DNA of 64,000 bases from an uncultured Actinomycetes bacterium. GTDB lineage: Bacteria > Actinomycetota > Actinomycetes > Acidothermales > Acidothermaceae. Numbering within the stretch: the stretch's first letter is position 1; the number at the start of each line of letters is the position of its first letter. Below, piece after piece: positions 55,847 to 64,000 of this stretch. Both the position numbers and the translations under genes were made by a program. The notes beneath the pieces are model-generated. The model had not been told where the DNA came from. It saw only the letters and a list, made by a program, of their open reading frames with translations, and searched no databases. Location: positions 765,782-829,781 of the forward strand of contig CAVVEX010000016.1 of assembly GCA_963747395.1 (NCBI GenBank), read 5' to 3'.

Positions 55847-58564
55847 GTGATGCTGTCGCTCTCCCCCTGGCGTCGCGCTCCACTGCTGCTGTGGCGGCGA
55901 CGGTCGGTCGCCGTGGTTTTGGCGGTCGCGGCGGCTGTTCTCGCCGCCGCCGCGGCGTCCGGCCCGTTGTTTGTCTCGGCCGCCACCGACGCGACGCTGG
56001 CCAGCCAGTTGGCACACGGCTGCCAGCAAGGCGTCGGTCTCACCTCGACATCGGCGGACACGTTCCACGGTTCGAACAGCGGCCCCGACCCGCTCGCGCA
56101 GCAGATGTTCGACCTTCACACGAGCCTGCGGACGCAGGTCGTCGGCACACCCGCGCACCTTCTCCCGCCGGTGCGCCAGCTGTACGCGTTGCACCTGGCG
56201 GTCACCCGACCCGGCGTCGGCGGCCCGGCGGCTGCCGCCTATGTCACGGTGATGGCGAAGGACGGCGCGCTCGACAACGTGCAGGTCCTGTCCGGCTCGA
56301 AGGCCGGGGGGGTGAAGTCCGGAGTGTGGTTGGCCGACACGTCGGCCGCCGCCGCCGGCGTCAAGGCCGGCGACATGATCTCGATCACCGGCGACGTCGC
56401 CGGCCTGGAGCCGGTGCGGCTGCCCGTCGCCGGCACCTACCGCGATTTGCAGCAGACCGTCGCCGGGCCGTTTTGGTGTGACGACCTCGGTGTGATCTAC
56501 GCGACCGGAAACGCGCCGCGCTTCCCGTTGATGCTGGTCGACGCCGGAACCGCCGGCCAGCTCGGCGCGGCATTGCACCTCGATCTGACCGACAAGACCA
56601 GCTGGGGCGTCGACGGGGCCGGACTCGACGTCGACGAGGCGACCGCGCTCGACCGCCACCTCGACGACGTCGCCAACACGCTGCCGCAGGCGATGTCCGA
56701 CGCTCGCCTCGCCGCCTTTCAAAAGGCGTTCCCCGGCACGTCGATGGACGAGCTGATCGCGTACGGCGGTCGTGAGCTGACCGCCACCAAATTCGACCTG
56801 GCCACCAAGCGCGCGCGGTTCGTCTCCGACGTGCTGCCGTCGACGATCCTGCCGATCACCGTCGCGGCCATCGCGGTGGCGCTCCTGCTCGTGGGCGGCT
56901 CGGCGAGCTTCTGGTTCGAACGCCGGCGGCGCGAGATCGACGTTCTCCTCGCGCATGGCGTCTCGCCGTCCGCGCTTGGCCTGAAGGCCGTTCTTGAGTC
57001 GGCCGCTCCCGTCGTCATCGGCGCGGTGGGCGGCTACTTCCTCGGGAACCTCCTCGTCGGCACGCTGGGGCCGAGCCATGTCGTCTCCGCCCGGGCGACG
57101 CGGCAGGCGATCGTCGTCACCGGCGTCGCGACAGTTGTCGGCGCGACCTGTCTGGCCGTCGTGGCGACGATGCGCTGCTCGGCGCGCGAGCAGATGTCCG
57201 CGCCACACCGGTCGTGGCTGCGCAAACTTCCGTGGGACGTCGTCATCCCTGGCGCCGCTGCCGGCGTCGTCGCCACCGCCGCGTCCAACGGCGCGTTGGC
57301 CACCAACACCGAGGGCGGCGCGGTGGCGCGCATCGACCCCGTCGTCCTTGTCGTGCCGCTGCTCGGATTCCTTGCCGCGACGGCGTTGTGCGCTCGACTC
57401 GTCGTCGCGATGCTGCGGCGGGTGCGGTCGCGCGGCGACCGGTTGCCGAACGTCGGCTGGCTCGCCTGGCGACGGATCACCGGGATGCCGGGGGCCTGCG
57501 CGCTGCTGGTGGGAGCGGTCGGGCTGCCCACGGCGGTCGGCGTCTACGGCGCCGCCGTCAACGCGTCCGTTCATCGCACGCTCGACGACCAAAACCACTT
57601 GCTGATCGGCGCCGACGTGGTCATCGATCTCGCCGGCCCGGCGAAGACGCCGCCGGCACTCCAAGGCAAAGCTTCGCTGGTGCTCCGCCGCGACCACCCC
57701 ACCTTGAACGACACGCTCGTCAGCGTCGTCGGCGTCACACCTGAAGACTTCGCGCACAACGTGTTCTGGGACGACGCGATCCCCGGCCCGTCCGTGCCCG
57801 ATCTCGTCCGGCGACTGACAGACGAGGGTCCGGGAAAGCCGTTGCGCGCCGTCTTCTCCGGCGCCGCGCCGGCGCGGTCGACGTTGCGGTTCGTCGAGGG
57901 GAATGCCGACGTCGACGTGCCGATCGACGTCATCGCCACACCGGAGCTGCTGCCGGGCGCGCAGGCCGGCTACCCCGTTATGTACGTGAACTTGGCTGCG
58001 CTGCAACGATTCGGGACGCATGGGACGTACGAGTTCTGGATCCGCGGCGATGCCGATCGCGCGGAGGCGGCGCTCAACACGGCCGGCGTCGCCCACGGCC
58101 ACGTCGGCGTCGCCGACAATGTCACGGACGGTTCGTACGTGCAGCCCGTCTCGTACACATTCTCGTTCTTGACGGCGCTCGTGACGTTGGCCGCCGCCGT
58201 GGCCGCGGGCGCGTTGCTGCTGTATCTCGACGCCCGGGCGCGCAGTCGTCGGCTCGCGTTGGTGCTGACCAGGCGGATGGGGTTGAGCACGGCCGCCCAC
58301 CTCGGATCGATCGTCATCGAACTCGCGGTCACCATGATGGTCGGCATCGCGGTGGGCGTGGCGCTCGCGGTGATCGCGACCGTGGCGCTGCGAGCGCGGT
58401 TCAACGTCGACCCGGGAATCCCGCCGTCCACCGTGCTGGCGTGGCCGTTGGCGGCGGTTGTCATCGACGCGCTTGTGGCTCTCGTCGTGCTGGTCGTCGC
58501 GTCGTTCGCCGCGCATTTCGGCAGCGAGCGCGCCAAGCCCGCCGAGGTGCTCCGTGACGCTTGA
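55847..58564 (+). CDS. ABC transporter permease, FtsX-like (905 aa, two FtsX modules)
   Basis: Uninterrupted 905-aa ORF. N-terminal TM, large extracytoplasmic regions, RRREIDVLLAHGVSPSAL, and a second C-terminal 4-TM module. Confidence 0.8.
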   Translation: MMLSLSPWRRAPLLLWRRRSVAVVLAVAAAVLAAAAASGPLFVSAATDATLASQLAHGCQQGVGLTSTSADTFHGSNSGPDPLAQQMFDLHTSLRTQVVGTPAHLLPPVRQLYALHLAVTRPGVGGPAAAAYVTVMAKDGALDNVQVLSGSKAGGVKSGVWLADTSAAAAGVKAGDMISITGDVAGLEPVRLPVAGTYRDLQQTVAGPFWCDDLGVIYATGNAPRFPLMLVDAGTAGQLGAALHLDLTDKTSWGVDGAGLDVDEATALDRHLDDVANTLPQAMSDARLAAFQKAFPGTSMDELIAYGGRELTATKFDLATKRARFVSDVLPSTILPITVAAIAVALLLVGGSASFWFERRRREIDVLLAHGVSPSALGLKAVLESAAPVVIGAVGGYFLGNLLVGTLGPSHVVSARATRQAIVVTGVATVVGATCLAVVATMRCSAREQMSAPHRSWLRKLPWDVVIPGAAAGVVATAASNGALATNTEGGAVARIDPVVLVVPLLGFLAATALCARLVVAMLRRVRSRGDRLPNVGWLAWRRITGMPGACALLVGAVGLPTAVGVYGAAVNASVHRTLDDQNHLLIGADVVIDLAGPAKTPPALQGKASLVLRRDHPTLNDTLVSVVGVTPEDFAHNVFWDDAIPGPSVPDLVRRLTDEGPGKPLRAVFSGAAPARSTLRFVEGNADVDVPIDVIATPELLPGAQAGYPVMYVNLAALQRFGTHGTYEFWIRGDADRAEAALNTAGVAHGHVGVADNVTDGSYVQPVSYTFSFLTALVTLAAAVAAGALLLYLDARARSRRLALVLTRRMGLSTAAHLGSIVIELAVTMMVGIAVGVALAVIATVALRARFNVDPGIPPSTVLAWPLAAVVIDALVALVVLVVASFAAHFGSERAKPAEVLRDA

Positions 58565-59261
58565 GCTGCCTTTGACGGACGTGCCGGCGACCCTCGAGTT
58601 GACCGACGTGGTTCGCACGTACTCCGGCGCGACCGGCGGAGTACGCGCGCTCGACGGCGTCAGCGCGCGCTTCGAGGCCGGGTTGCTCACGGTGGTCGCG
58701 GGGCCGTCGGGCAGCGGGAAATCGACCCTGCTGCGGGTGGCGGCGCTACTTGACAAGCCGCAAGAGGGCTTGGTCGGGTTCAACGGTCGAGACGTGACGC
58801 TGGCGAGCGCGCGGCGGCGCCGCGGTTTGCGGCGCAAGCACATCGGCTACATGTTCCAGCAGCCGGCCGACAACCTGCTCGACTACCTTGACGCACGCGA
58901 GCATGTGCGCCTCGGTGACGAACTTCGCTTGAAAACCGGCGCCGACGAGAAGGCGGCTGCGCTGGACACGCTGGAGTTCCTCGGCTTGGCCGACCGGGTC
59001 ACCCACCGTCCGGCGCAGCTTTCGGGCGGTGAGCAGCAGCGACTGGCGTTCGCGTTCGCCGTCGCGGGAGGGCCGCACTTGCTGGTGGCCGACGAGCCGA
59101 CCGCCGCGCTCGACCACGTCGCCGGGGCGCGCGTGTTGTTGGCGTTGGTGGCCCTGGCGCGACGCGGTCTCACGGTGGTCGCGAGCTCGCACGACCCGGC
59201 GGTCATCGAGGCGGCCGACCGCGTCGTCCGCATCGCGCACGGACGGGTGGACAGCGCATGA
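58554..59261 (+). CDS. ABC transporter ATP-binding protein (canonical motifs)
   Basis: GPSGSGKSTLLRVAALLD, LSGGEQQRLAFAFAV, LLVADEPTAALD, VASSHD. The GTG at 58554 overlaps the permease stop. Confidence 0.85.
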   Translation: MTLELPLTDVPATLELTDVVRTYSGATGGVRALDGVSARFEAGLLTVVAGPSGSGKSTLLRVAALLDKPQEGLVGFNGRDVTLASARRRRGLRRKHIGYMFQQPADNLLDYLDAREHVRLGDELRLKTGADEKAAALDTLEFLGLADRVTHRPAQLSGGEQQRLAFAFAVAGGPHLLVADEPTAALDHVAGARVLLALVALARRGLTVVASSHDPAVIEAADRVVRIAHGRVDSA

Positions 59262-59941
59262 CCGAGTCCGTCTTGACGACGCAGCTGCGCATCGCCGGCG
59301 GCAACCGCACCTTCGTGCGAGGCGACGAGCGGGTGCGCGCCTTGCGCGACGTCGACCTCGACCTGCGCGGCGGCGAGTTCGTGGCGTTGCGCGGCCCGTC
59401 GGGGTCAGGCAAGTCGACGTTGCTCCTCGTGCTCGCCGGCTGGGAGCGGCTCGACACGGGCGTGGCGGCGGTGGTCGACGAGCGGGGCTCCCGCGCGCCG
59501 ACCGACCTCGACTGGTCACGCATGGGAATCGTCCCGCAGTCGCTGGGACTGATGACCGACCTCACCGCGCAGGAGAACGTCATGCTGCCGGCTCGGTTGA
59601 CGAAGCGGCCCACCAATCCCGACGCCGCCGGTGGCTATCCACGCGTGGTGATGAACAATCTCGATATTGAGAAACTGAAGAACTCGATGTCGGGGGAGTT
59701 GTCGCTTGGGGAGCAGCAGCGGGTAGCCGTGGCGCGAGCCATCGTGCTCCGGCAGCCAATCGTGCTCGCTGACGAGCCCTCCACTCACCAAGACGCCGAC
59801 CACGGCGCCGCGGTGTTCGCCGCCTTGCGGTCGGCCGCCGAGCAAGGCGCGATCGTGATCGTCGCGACGCACGACCCGGCCGTGCTCGACTACACCGATC
59901 GGATACTCACGATGTCAGACGGCGAACTGCGCGAGGGCTGA
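59258..59941 (+). CDS. ABC transporter ATP-binding protein (degenerate signature motif)
   Basis: GPSGSGKSTLLLVLAG, LSLGEQQRVAVARAI in place of LSGGQ, IVLADEPSTHQD, VATHD. An ATGA overlap with the previous gene. Confidence 0.85.
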   Translation: MTESVLTTQLRIAGGNRTFVRGDERVRALRDVDLDLRGGEFVALRGPSGSGKSTLLLVLAGWERLDTGVAAVVDERGSRAPTDLDWSRMGIVPQSLGLMTDLTAQENVMLPARLTKRPTNPDAAGGYPRVVMNNLDIEKLKNSMSGELSLGEQQRVAVARAIVLRQPIVLADEPSTHQDADHGAAVFAALRSAAEQGAIVIVATHDPAVLDYTDRILTMSDGELREG

Positions 59942-59947
59942 CGACGA

Positions 59948-60589
59948 TCAGCCGCGATAGCCCGCGAGGTTCAAGAACTCCTGACGTGTCAAGGGATCTG
60001 ACCGCACCGCACCCAACAATGCCGACGTCACGGTGCTGGCCCCGTGCGCCTCGACGCCGCGCAAGGTCATGCAGCTGTGCTCCGCGTCGATGACGACGCC
60101 GACGCCGTTGGGTGACAGGTGCGTGTCGAGCCATCGCGCCACTTGCGTCGTCAGCCGCTCCTGCACCTGCGGACGTCGGGCGAAAAGCTCGACGACACGG
60201 GCCAGCTTCGACAAGCCGAGGATCCGCCCGCCCGGCAGGTAGCCGACGGCGGCCACACCGGTGAACGGCAGCATGTGGTGCTCGCACACCGAGGTGAACG
60301 GGATTCGCCGAGCGACCACCAGCTCGTCGTAGTTCTCGTCGTTCGGGAAAGTCGTGAGGGTGAAGTCGCGCGGCGTCAGCAGCTCCGCGAACGCGCGGAC
60401 CATCCGGCCGGGGGTGTCGGCGATCGTCCGGTCGTCCAGATCGAGGCCGAGCGCGTCGAGCAGGTCGCGCGCGCCGAGCTCCGCCCTTGCCAGGTCGACG
60501 CGTGGCCGCGCCACGACGTGGAGATCGGGACGACGCGGCGAGTCGAGATGGACGAGCGTCGCGACGTTGTCGGGCTTCTCGACGGTCAT
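59948..60589 (-). CDS. folE: GTP cyclohydrolase I (FolE type)
   Basis: TPGRMVRAFAELL, FTSVCEHHMLPFTG, ERLTTQVA, VIDAEHSCMTLRGV. ATG at 60589. Confidence 0.9.
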   Translation of the reverse strand: MTVEKPDNVATLVHLDSPRRPDLHVVARPRVDLARAELGARDLLDALGLDLDDRTIADTPGRMVRAFAELLTPRDFTLTTFPNDENYDELVVARRIPFTSVCEHHMLPFTGVAAVGYLPGGRILGLSKLARVVELFARRPQVQERLTTQVARWLDTHLSPNGVGVVIDAEHSCMTLRGVEAHGASTVTSALLGAVRSDPLTRQEFLNLAGYRG

Positions 60590-60594
60590 CGCGA

Positions 60595-61212
60595 TCAAGC
60601 CTTCTCGCTCACCGGCTGGGCGGCGTCGGTGAGCGCGGTCACGTTCTTCTTGCCCGGGAAGACGTCGATCTCGCTGTGTCGCCACACCGGGTGGTCGGCC
60701 GCGGTCTCGACGTTGAAGCCGTAGTCGTAGACGAGCGAGCCCCCGATGGTGGCGCCGAAGCTCACCAGCAACGCGACGACCACCGACCAGACGACGATGA
60801 CGACCGGCGCGTGCGCGTCGTCCGGGTAGGCGAGGCCGCGGGCCGCGAGGTCGCCGAGCGCGAGGGCCGTGACCGTGAGCATCGTGATCGCGTGGGCGTT
60901 GACCGTGCGCCGCGCCTGGGTGCCCGGCTCGCTCGACCGGCGCCAGTCGGCCCAGCCGGTGAGCGCCGCCAGCACTGACGCGCCGGCGGCGCCGAGCAGG
61001 AGCCACAGCCCGACGACGTAGAGCTGGCGGGCGGCCACCGGGTAAGGCGACCGCAGCGCAAGGGAGAGGACGTCGAACACCGCGACGAACAGGTACGCGG
61101 CAACCGGGATGTCGGTGAGTGGCGGGTGCAGGGGCTTGCCGGCGAGCCCGCGCCAACCGCGGTTGCGCCGGCCCGCCAAGGTCAACGACGGCGCAAAGCT
61201 GAAGTGCCTCAT
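60595..61212 (-). CDS. DUF2231 domain-containing membrane protein
   Basis: AGKPLHPPLTDIPVAAYLFVAVFDVLS..., 4-5 TM helices. The stop lies 5 nt upstream of the folE start. Confidence 0.7.
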   Translation of the reverse strand: MRHFSFAPSLTLAGRRNRGWRGLAGKPLHPPLTDIPVAAYLFVAVFDVLSLALRSPYPVAARQLYVVGLWLLLGAAGASVLAALTGWADWRRSSEPGTQARRTVNAHAITMLTVTALALGDLAARGLAYPDDAHAPVVIVVWSVVVALLVSFGATIGGSLVYDYGFNVETAADHPVWRHSEIDVFPGKKNVTALTDAAQPVSEKA

Positions 61213-61280
61213 GTTCGCTCCCTCTTCGCCGCCGGCCCCGATGAGAAGCTGGGCTTGACGTCTCGGTCCGGCGAGGCGAA

Positions 61281-61308
61281 TCTAAAAGTAGTGACCCCTA
61301 GTTTTAGA
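61281..61308. promoter_or_regulatory. AT-rich imperfect palindrome, candidate operator in the divergent promoter region
   Basis: tctaaaagtag tgaccc ctagttttaga: 11-bp arms with 1 mismatch and a 6-bp spacer. It lies between the DUF2231 start (61212, minus) and the regulator start (61330, plus). It is strikingly AT-rich for this sequence. Confidence 0.55.
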
Positions 61309-61329
61309 CACCGAGGGCGAGAGCTGTCA

Positions 61330-62097
61330 ATGACGTCAGGCGAGCGGCGCGGGCGGTTCGACGTGGCGATCGAGGCGCTCGCGTCCGTGAGCGAGCCGAC
61401 CCGGCGGCGCGTCTTCGACCATTTGCGCGGCGCTGGCGAGCCAGCCACCCGAGACCAGGTCGCCGCCGCGCTCGGCCTCGGCCGGCCGATCACCGCCTTC
61501 CACCTCGACGCGTTGGCCAAGTCCGGCCTCGTGGAGGTCGACTACGCGCGGCCGCCGGGACGTCGTGGCCCGGGCGCGGGCCGACCGGCGAAGCGCTATC
61601 GGGTCACGGCGAGGGAGATCGCGGCGAGCCTGCCCGCTCGTCGTTACGACCTCGCGGGCCGCATCCTCGCCGCCGGGGTGCGCGACGCGTCGCGCGAACG
61701 TGGCGGCGACGCCCGGGCCGCCACGTTCGCAGCCGCCGAGACCACCGGCCGACAACTCGGCGAGGAGCACCGGGACGAGCACGGCGAGCTCCCGTCGGCC
61801 GGCGAGATCGAGCGCGTGCGCGCGGTGCTCGCCGGGCTCGGCTACGAGCCGGTCGAGGAACCCGGCGCGGAAACGGCGGCTGAGCCGGGGGAACGGCGGG
61901 GCCCGGCGGTCCGGTTGCGCAACTGCCCGTTCCACGCGGTCGTCGAGGTCGAACCCGACCTGGTCTGCCAATTGAACCTGCACCTGCTGAGCGGGCTGCT
62001 CGACGGGATGTCGGTGCACCACCTCGAACCGCGGTTCGCGCCGACGCCGGGTGAGTGCTGCGTTCGCATCGCCACCAGGGAGCCCGGTTTGCTGTGA
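61330..62097 (+). CDS. ArsR-type winged-helix transcriptional regulator with a Cys/His-containing C-terminal domain
   Basis: LASVSEPTRRRVFDHLRGAGEPATRDQVAAALGLGRPITAFHLDALAKSGLVEV. The C-terminal part has LRNCPFHAV and PGECCVRI. ATG at 61330 within ORF 61126..62097. Confidence 0.8.
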   Translation: MTSGERRGRFDVAIEALASVSEPTRRRVFDHLRGAGEPATRDQVAAALGLGRPITAFHLDALAKSGLVEVDYARPPGRRGPGAGRPAKRYRVTAREIAASLPARRYDLAGRILAAGVRDASRERGGDARAATFAAAETTGRQLGEEHRDEHGELPSAGEIERVRAVLAGLGYEPVEEPGAETAAEPGERRGPAVRLRNCPFHAVVEVEPDLVCQLNLHLLSGLLDGMSVHHLEPRFAPTPGECCVRIATREPGLL

Positions 62098-62156
62098 TAC
62101 CGGCCCGGTGAGACAACGGAGGTGACGAACCGGCGCCGCAGGCGCGTCGGCGTCTT

Positions 62157-62768
62157 GTGAGGCAGGTGACGACTTCGATGAATCGTCGAACCCTGAATTC
62201 GGCCCGCTCGCTCGCCGCGCTCGTCGTGTTCTCGCTGGCACTCGCCGGTTGCAGCAGCAGCAGCAGCAAGCACAACAACACAACGGCGCCGAACACACTG
62301 GCACCGAGCACGCTGGCGAGTCAGTCGCCTTCCGCGCCGTCCGTGCCGTCTTCGGGCGCGTCGGGTTCTGGCGGCGTGGCGTCCGCGGCCCGCGCCCAGA
62401 TCAAGAGCAACTGGGAGAAGTTCTTCAGCGGCGCCACCAGAGCGCAGGAGAAGGTCGGCCTGCTGCAAAACGGCGACCAGTTCCAGCAGGCGATCCAGGC
62501 GCAGGCGAATTCACCGCTCGCCAAGTCGGCGGGCGCCTCGGTGACGTCCGTGGTGGTGAACGGATCGCGGGCGAGCGTCAACTACGACGTGACCCTGGGC
62601 GGTCAGGCGGCGCTCAGCGGCCAACGCGGCGAGGCCGTTCTCGAGAGCGGAACGTGGAAGGTCAGCGACGCGAGCTTCTGCCAGCTGCTCGCACTTGAGA
62701 GCGGCGGCTCGACGTCCGGACTGCCCCAGGCGTGCGGCGCCGCGGCCGCCAGCAGCCCGGCCACCTGA
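62157..62768 (+). CDS. hypothetical lipoprotein
   Basis: Signal plus lipobox LAALVVFSLALAGCSSSSS. Ser/Thr-rich linker, then a globular C-terminal part. The start may be the internal MNRRTL. Confidence 0.7.
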   Translation: MRQVTTSMNRRTLNSARSLAALVVFSLALAGCSSSSSKHNNTTAPNTLAPSTLASQSPSAPSVPSSGASGSGGVASAARAQIKSNWEKFFSGATRAQEKVGLLQNGDQFQQAIQAQANSPLAKSAGASVTSVVVNGSRASVNYDVTLGGQAALSGQRGEAVLESGTWKVSDASFCQLLALESGGSTSGLPQACGAAAASSPAT

Positions 62769-62786
62769 CGCGTCGGCGACCGGTCG

Positions 62787-64000
62787 TTGAGCACTCTCGG
62801 CACGCCAACGTCGGCGACCGTTCCGCCCGCCACCCGCAAGGGCACCGGGCTCGCGCTCGCGGCGCTGTGCACGCTGCTGTTCTTGACCTTCCTCGACAAC
62901 ACCGTCGTCAGTGTCGCGCTCGGTGACGTGCAATCGTCACTAGGCGCCGGCGTGCAGTCGCTGCAGTGGGTCGTCAACGGTTACGCGCTCGTCTTCGCGA
63001 GCGTCATGCTCGCGGCCGGCGCGATCGGGGACGAATTCGGTCACCGCAAGGTGATGCTCGCGGGCGCAGGAGTGTTTTGCGCCGGCTCGATCATCTGCGC
63101 GGTGGCGCCCTCCAGTGCCGTCCTGATCGGCGGACGCGCGGTCATGGGTCTCGGCGCGGCCGGGTCTGAGCCGGGCACCCTGTCGATGCTGCGCCACTTG
63201 TACCCCGACGCCCGGCGGCGAGCGCGCGCAATCGGGGTGTGGGCGGCGGTCTCTGGTTTGGCGCTCGCCCTCGGTCCGGTGATCGGCGGCGTGCTCGTCG
63301 GCTTGGGCAGCTGGCGCTGGATCTTCTGGTTCAACCTCATCCTCGGCGCGGGCGCGCTCGTCGTCGGCGCGGCGCTGCTGCCGGAGACGAGCAACCCGCA
63401 GGCGCACCGAGTCGACGCCGCCGGCGCGCTGCTCGGCGCCAGCACGCTGGCGTTGTTCGTGTTCGCCGTGATCAACGGTGAGACCGACGGGTTCGCGAGC
63501 GCGAGCGTGCTGACGCTGTTCGCGTGTTCGGCCGCCGCATGCGCCGCGTTTGTGTGGTGGCAGTTGCGTGCGCGACATCCGCTGCTTGAGCTTGACTACC
63601 TGAAGAACCGCGCGGCCACGACGTCGAACATCGTCGCGTTCGCCGCGTACTTCGGCACGTTCGGCATCTTCTTCTTCTCGGCGCTGTATCTGCGCGTGGT
63701 CGTGGGCTTCAGCGGTTACCGGATCGCCGCCCAGTTCCTGCCCATGATGGTGCTGATCATCGTGGCGGCGCTGCTCTCCGGCCGCTGGACCGCGCGGATC
63801 GGTCCGCGCGTCCCGGTGGTGACCGGCTGCCTGCTCTTCGGCGCAGGGCTGTTGCTCACGGACCAATACCTCGGCAAGCACCCGGCGTATCTCCCGTTGG
63901 CCATCTCGCTCGGGATCGCGGGCGCGGGCGTCGGCGTGACCGTCGTTCCAACCACATTCGCCGCTACGAGCGCGGTGCGCCCGGAGCGCGTCGGGATGGC
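62787..64000 (+). CDS. MFS transporter (DHA2/EmrB-like), partial, continues past the right edge
   Basis: My own translation; it is not in the track because no stop lies in the window. LALAALCTLLFLTFLDNTVVSVALGDVQSSLGAGVQSLQWVVNGYALVFASVMLAAGAIGDEFGHRKVML...WRWIFWFNL. The frame opens after the TGA at 62766. TTG at 62787 is the only plausible early start. Confidence 0.8.
   Translation, partial: MSTLGTPTSATVPPATRKGTGLALAALCTLLFLTFLDNTVVSVALGDVQSSLGAGVQSLQWVVNGYALVFASVMLAAGAIGDEFGHRKVMLAGAGVFCAGSIICAVAPSSAVLIGGRAVMGLGAAGSEPGTLSMLRHLYPDARRRARAIGVWAAVSGLALALGPVIGGVLVGLGSWRWIFWFNLILGAGALVVGAALLPETSNPQAHRVDAAGALLGASTLALFVFAVINGETDGFASASVLTLFACSAAACAAFVWWQLRARHPLLELDYLKNRAATTSNIVAFAAYFGTFGIFFFSALYLRVVVGFSGYRIAAQFLPMMVLIIVAALLSGRWTARIGPRVPVVTGCLLFGAGLLLTDQYLGKHPAYLPLAISLGIAGAGVGVTVVPTTFAATSAVRPERVGM

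Noticed and set aside
55655-58843. 1062-aa minus-strand ORF, the longest in the track
   Set aside because: It is exactly antisense to the FtsX permease and first ATPase genes. It is Arg/Gly/Asp-rich low-complexity sequence with no motif. This is the usual artefact of >70% GC coding DNA, where the antisense frame lacks stops.
62940-63881. 313-aa minus-strand ORF at the right end
   Set aside because: It is antisense to a clear MFS transporter frame (LDNTVVSVAL..., WRWIFWFNL) that the track omits only because it has no stop in the window.

Overview
This is a very GC-rich, gene-dense actinobacterial chromosomal segment. Third codon positions are almost always G/C, which also produces many long spurious antisense ORFs in the track. 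I recognise about 60 protein-coding genes. I see no rRNA, tRNA, CRISPR array, transposase, integrase or phage gene. The backbone is a conserved actinobacterial neighbourhood, in this order: histidine-phosphatase/DUF3090/SCO1664 trio, mshC, PAC2, metH, HAD, MacB-type ABC, RecB-like nuclease, site-2 protease, trmI, arc(mpa), dop, pup, prcB, prcA, pafA, two FKBP genes, DUF3866, pafB, pafC, tatA, tatC, helY, 5'-3' exonuclease, acyl-CoA dehydrogenase, lnt, ppm1, rbpA. Downstream follow a six-gene catabolic operon (DSD1-like deaminase, Eda, PfkB kinase, RidA, unknown, D-aminoacylase), a CGNR/GGDEF/FtsX-ABC block, a DUF2231-folE operon with a divergent HTH regulator, a lipoprotein and a partial MFS gene. 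Three kinds of sequence-level observation stand out. (i) There are 17 single-base frame breaks: 13 are packed into tatC+helY, and one each sits in a RecB-like nuclease, pafC, the deaminase and eda. (ii) There are several short intergenic repeats and hairpins: a 63-nt palindromic element in two copies, a 3 x 27-nt hairpin array carrying in-phase TGA codons, a 12-bp array in the PAC2/metH promoter region, a perfect 22-bp AT-rich inverted repeat, and an AT-rich operator-like palindrome. (iii) There are perfect tandem DNA repeats inside two Pro/Thr-rich surface-protein genes between arc and dop. Nothing looks like a defence island or mobile element. The best candidates for uncharacterised biology are the phosphatase/DUF3090/kinase-like trio next to mshC, the catabolic operon with its unknown 407-aa member, a 7-TM double PQ-loop (SWEET-like) protein, and the DUF2231-folE module. 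All functional calls come from my reading of translated motifs and remembered family knowledge. No database search or computation was run.
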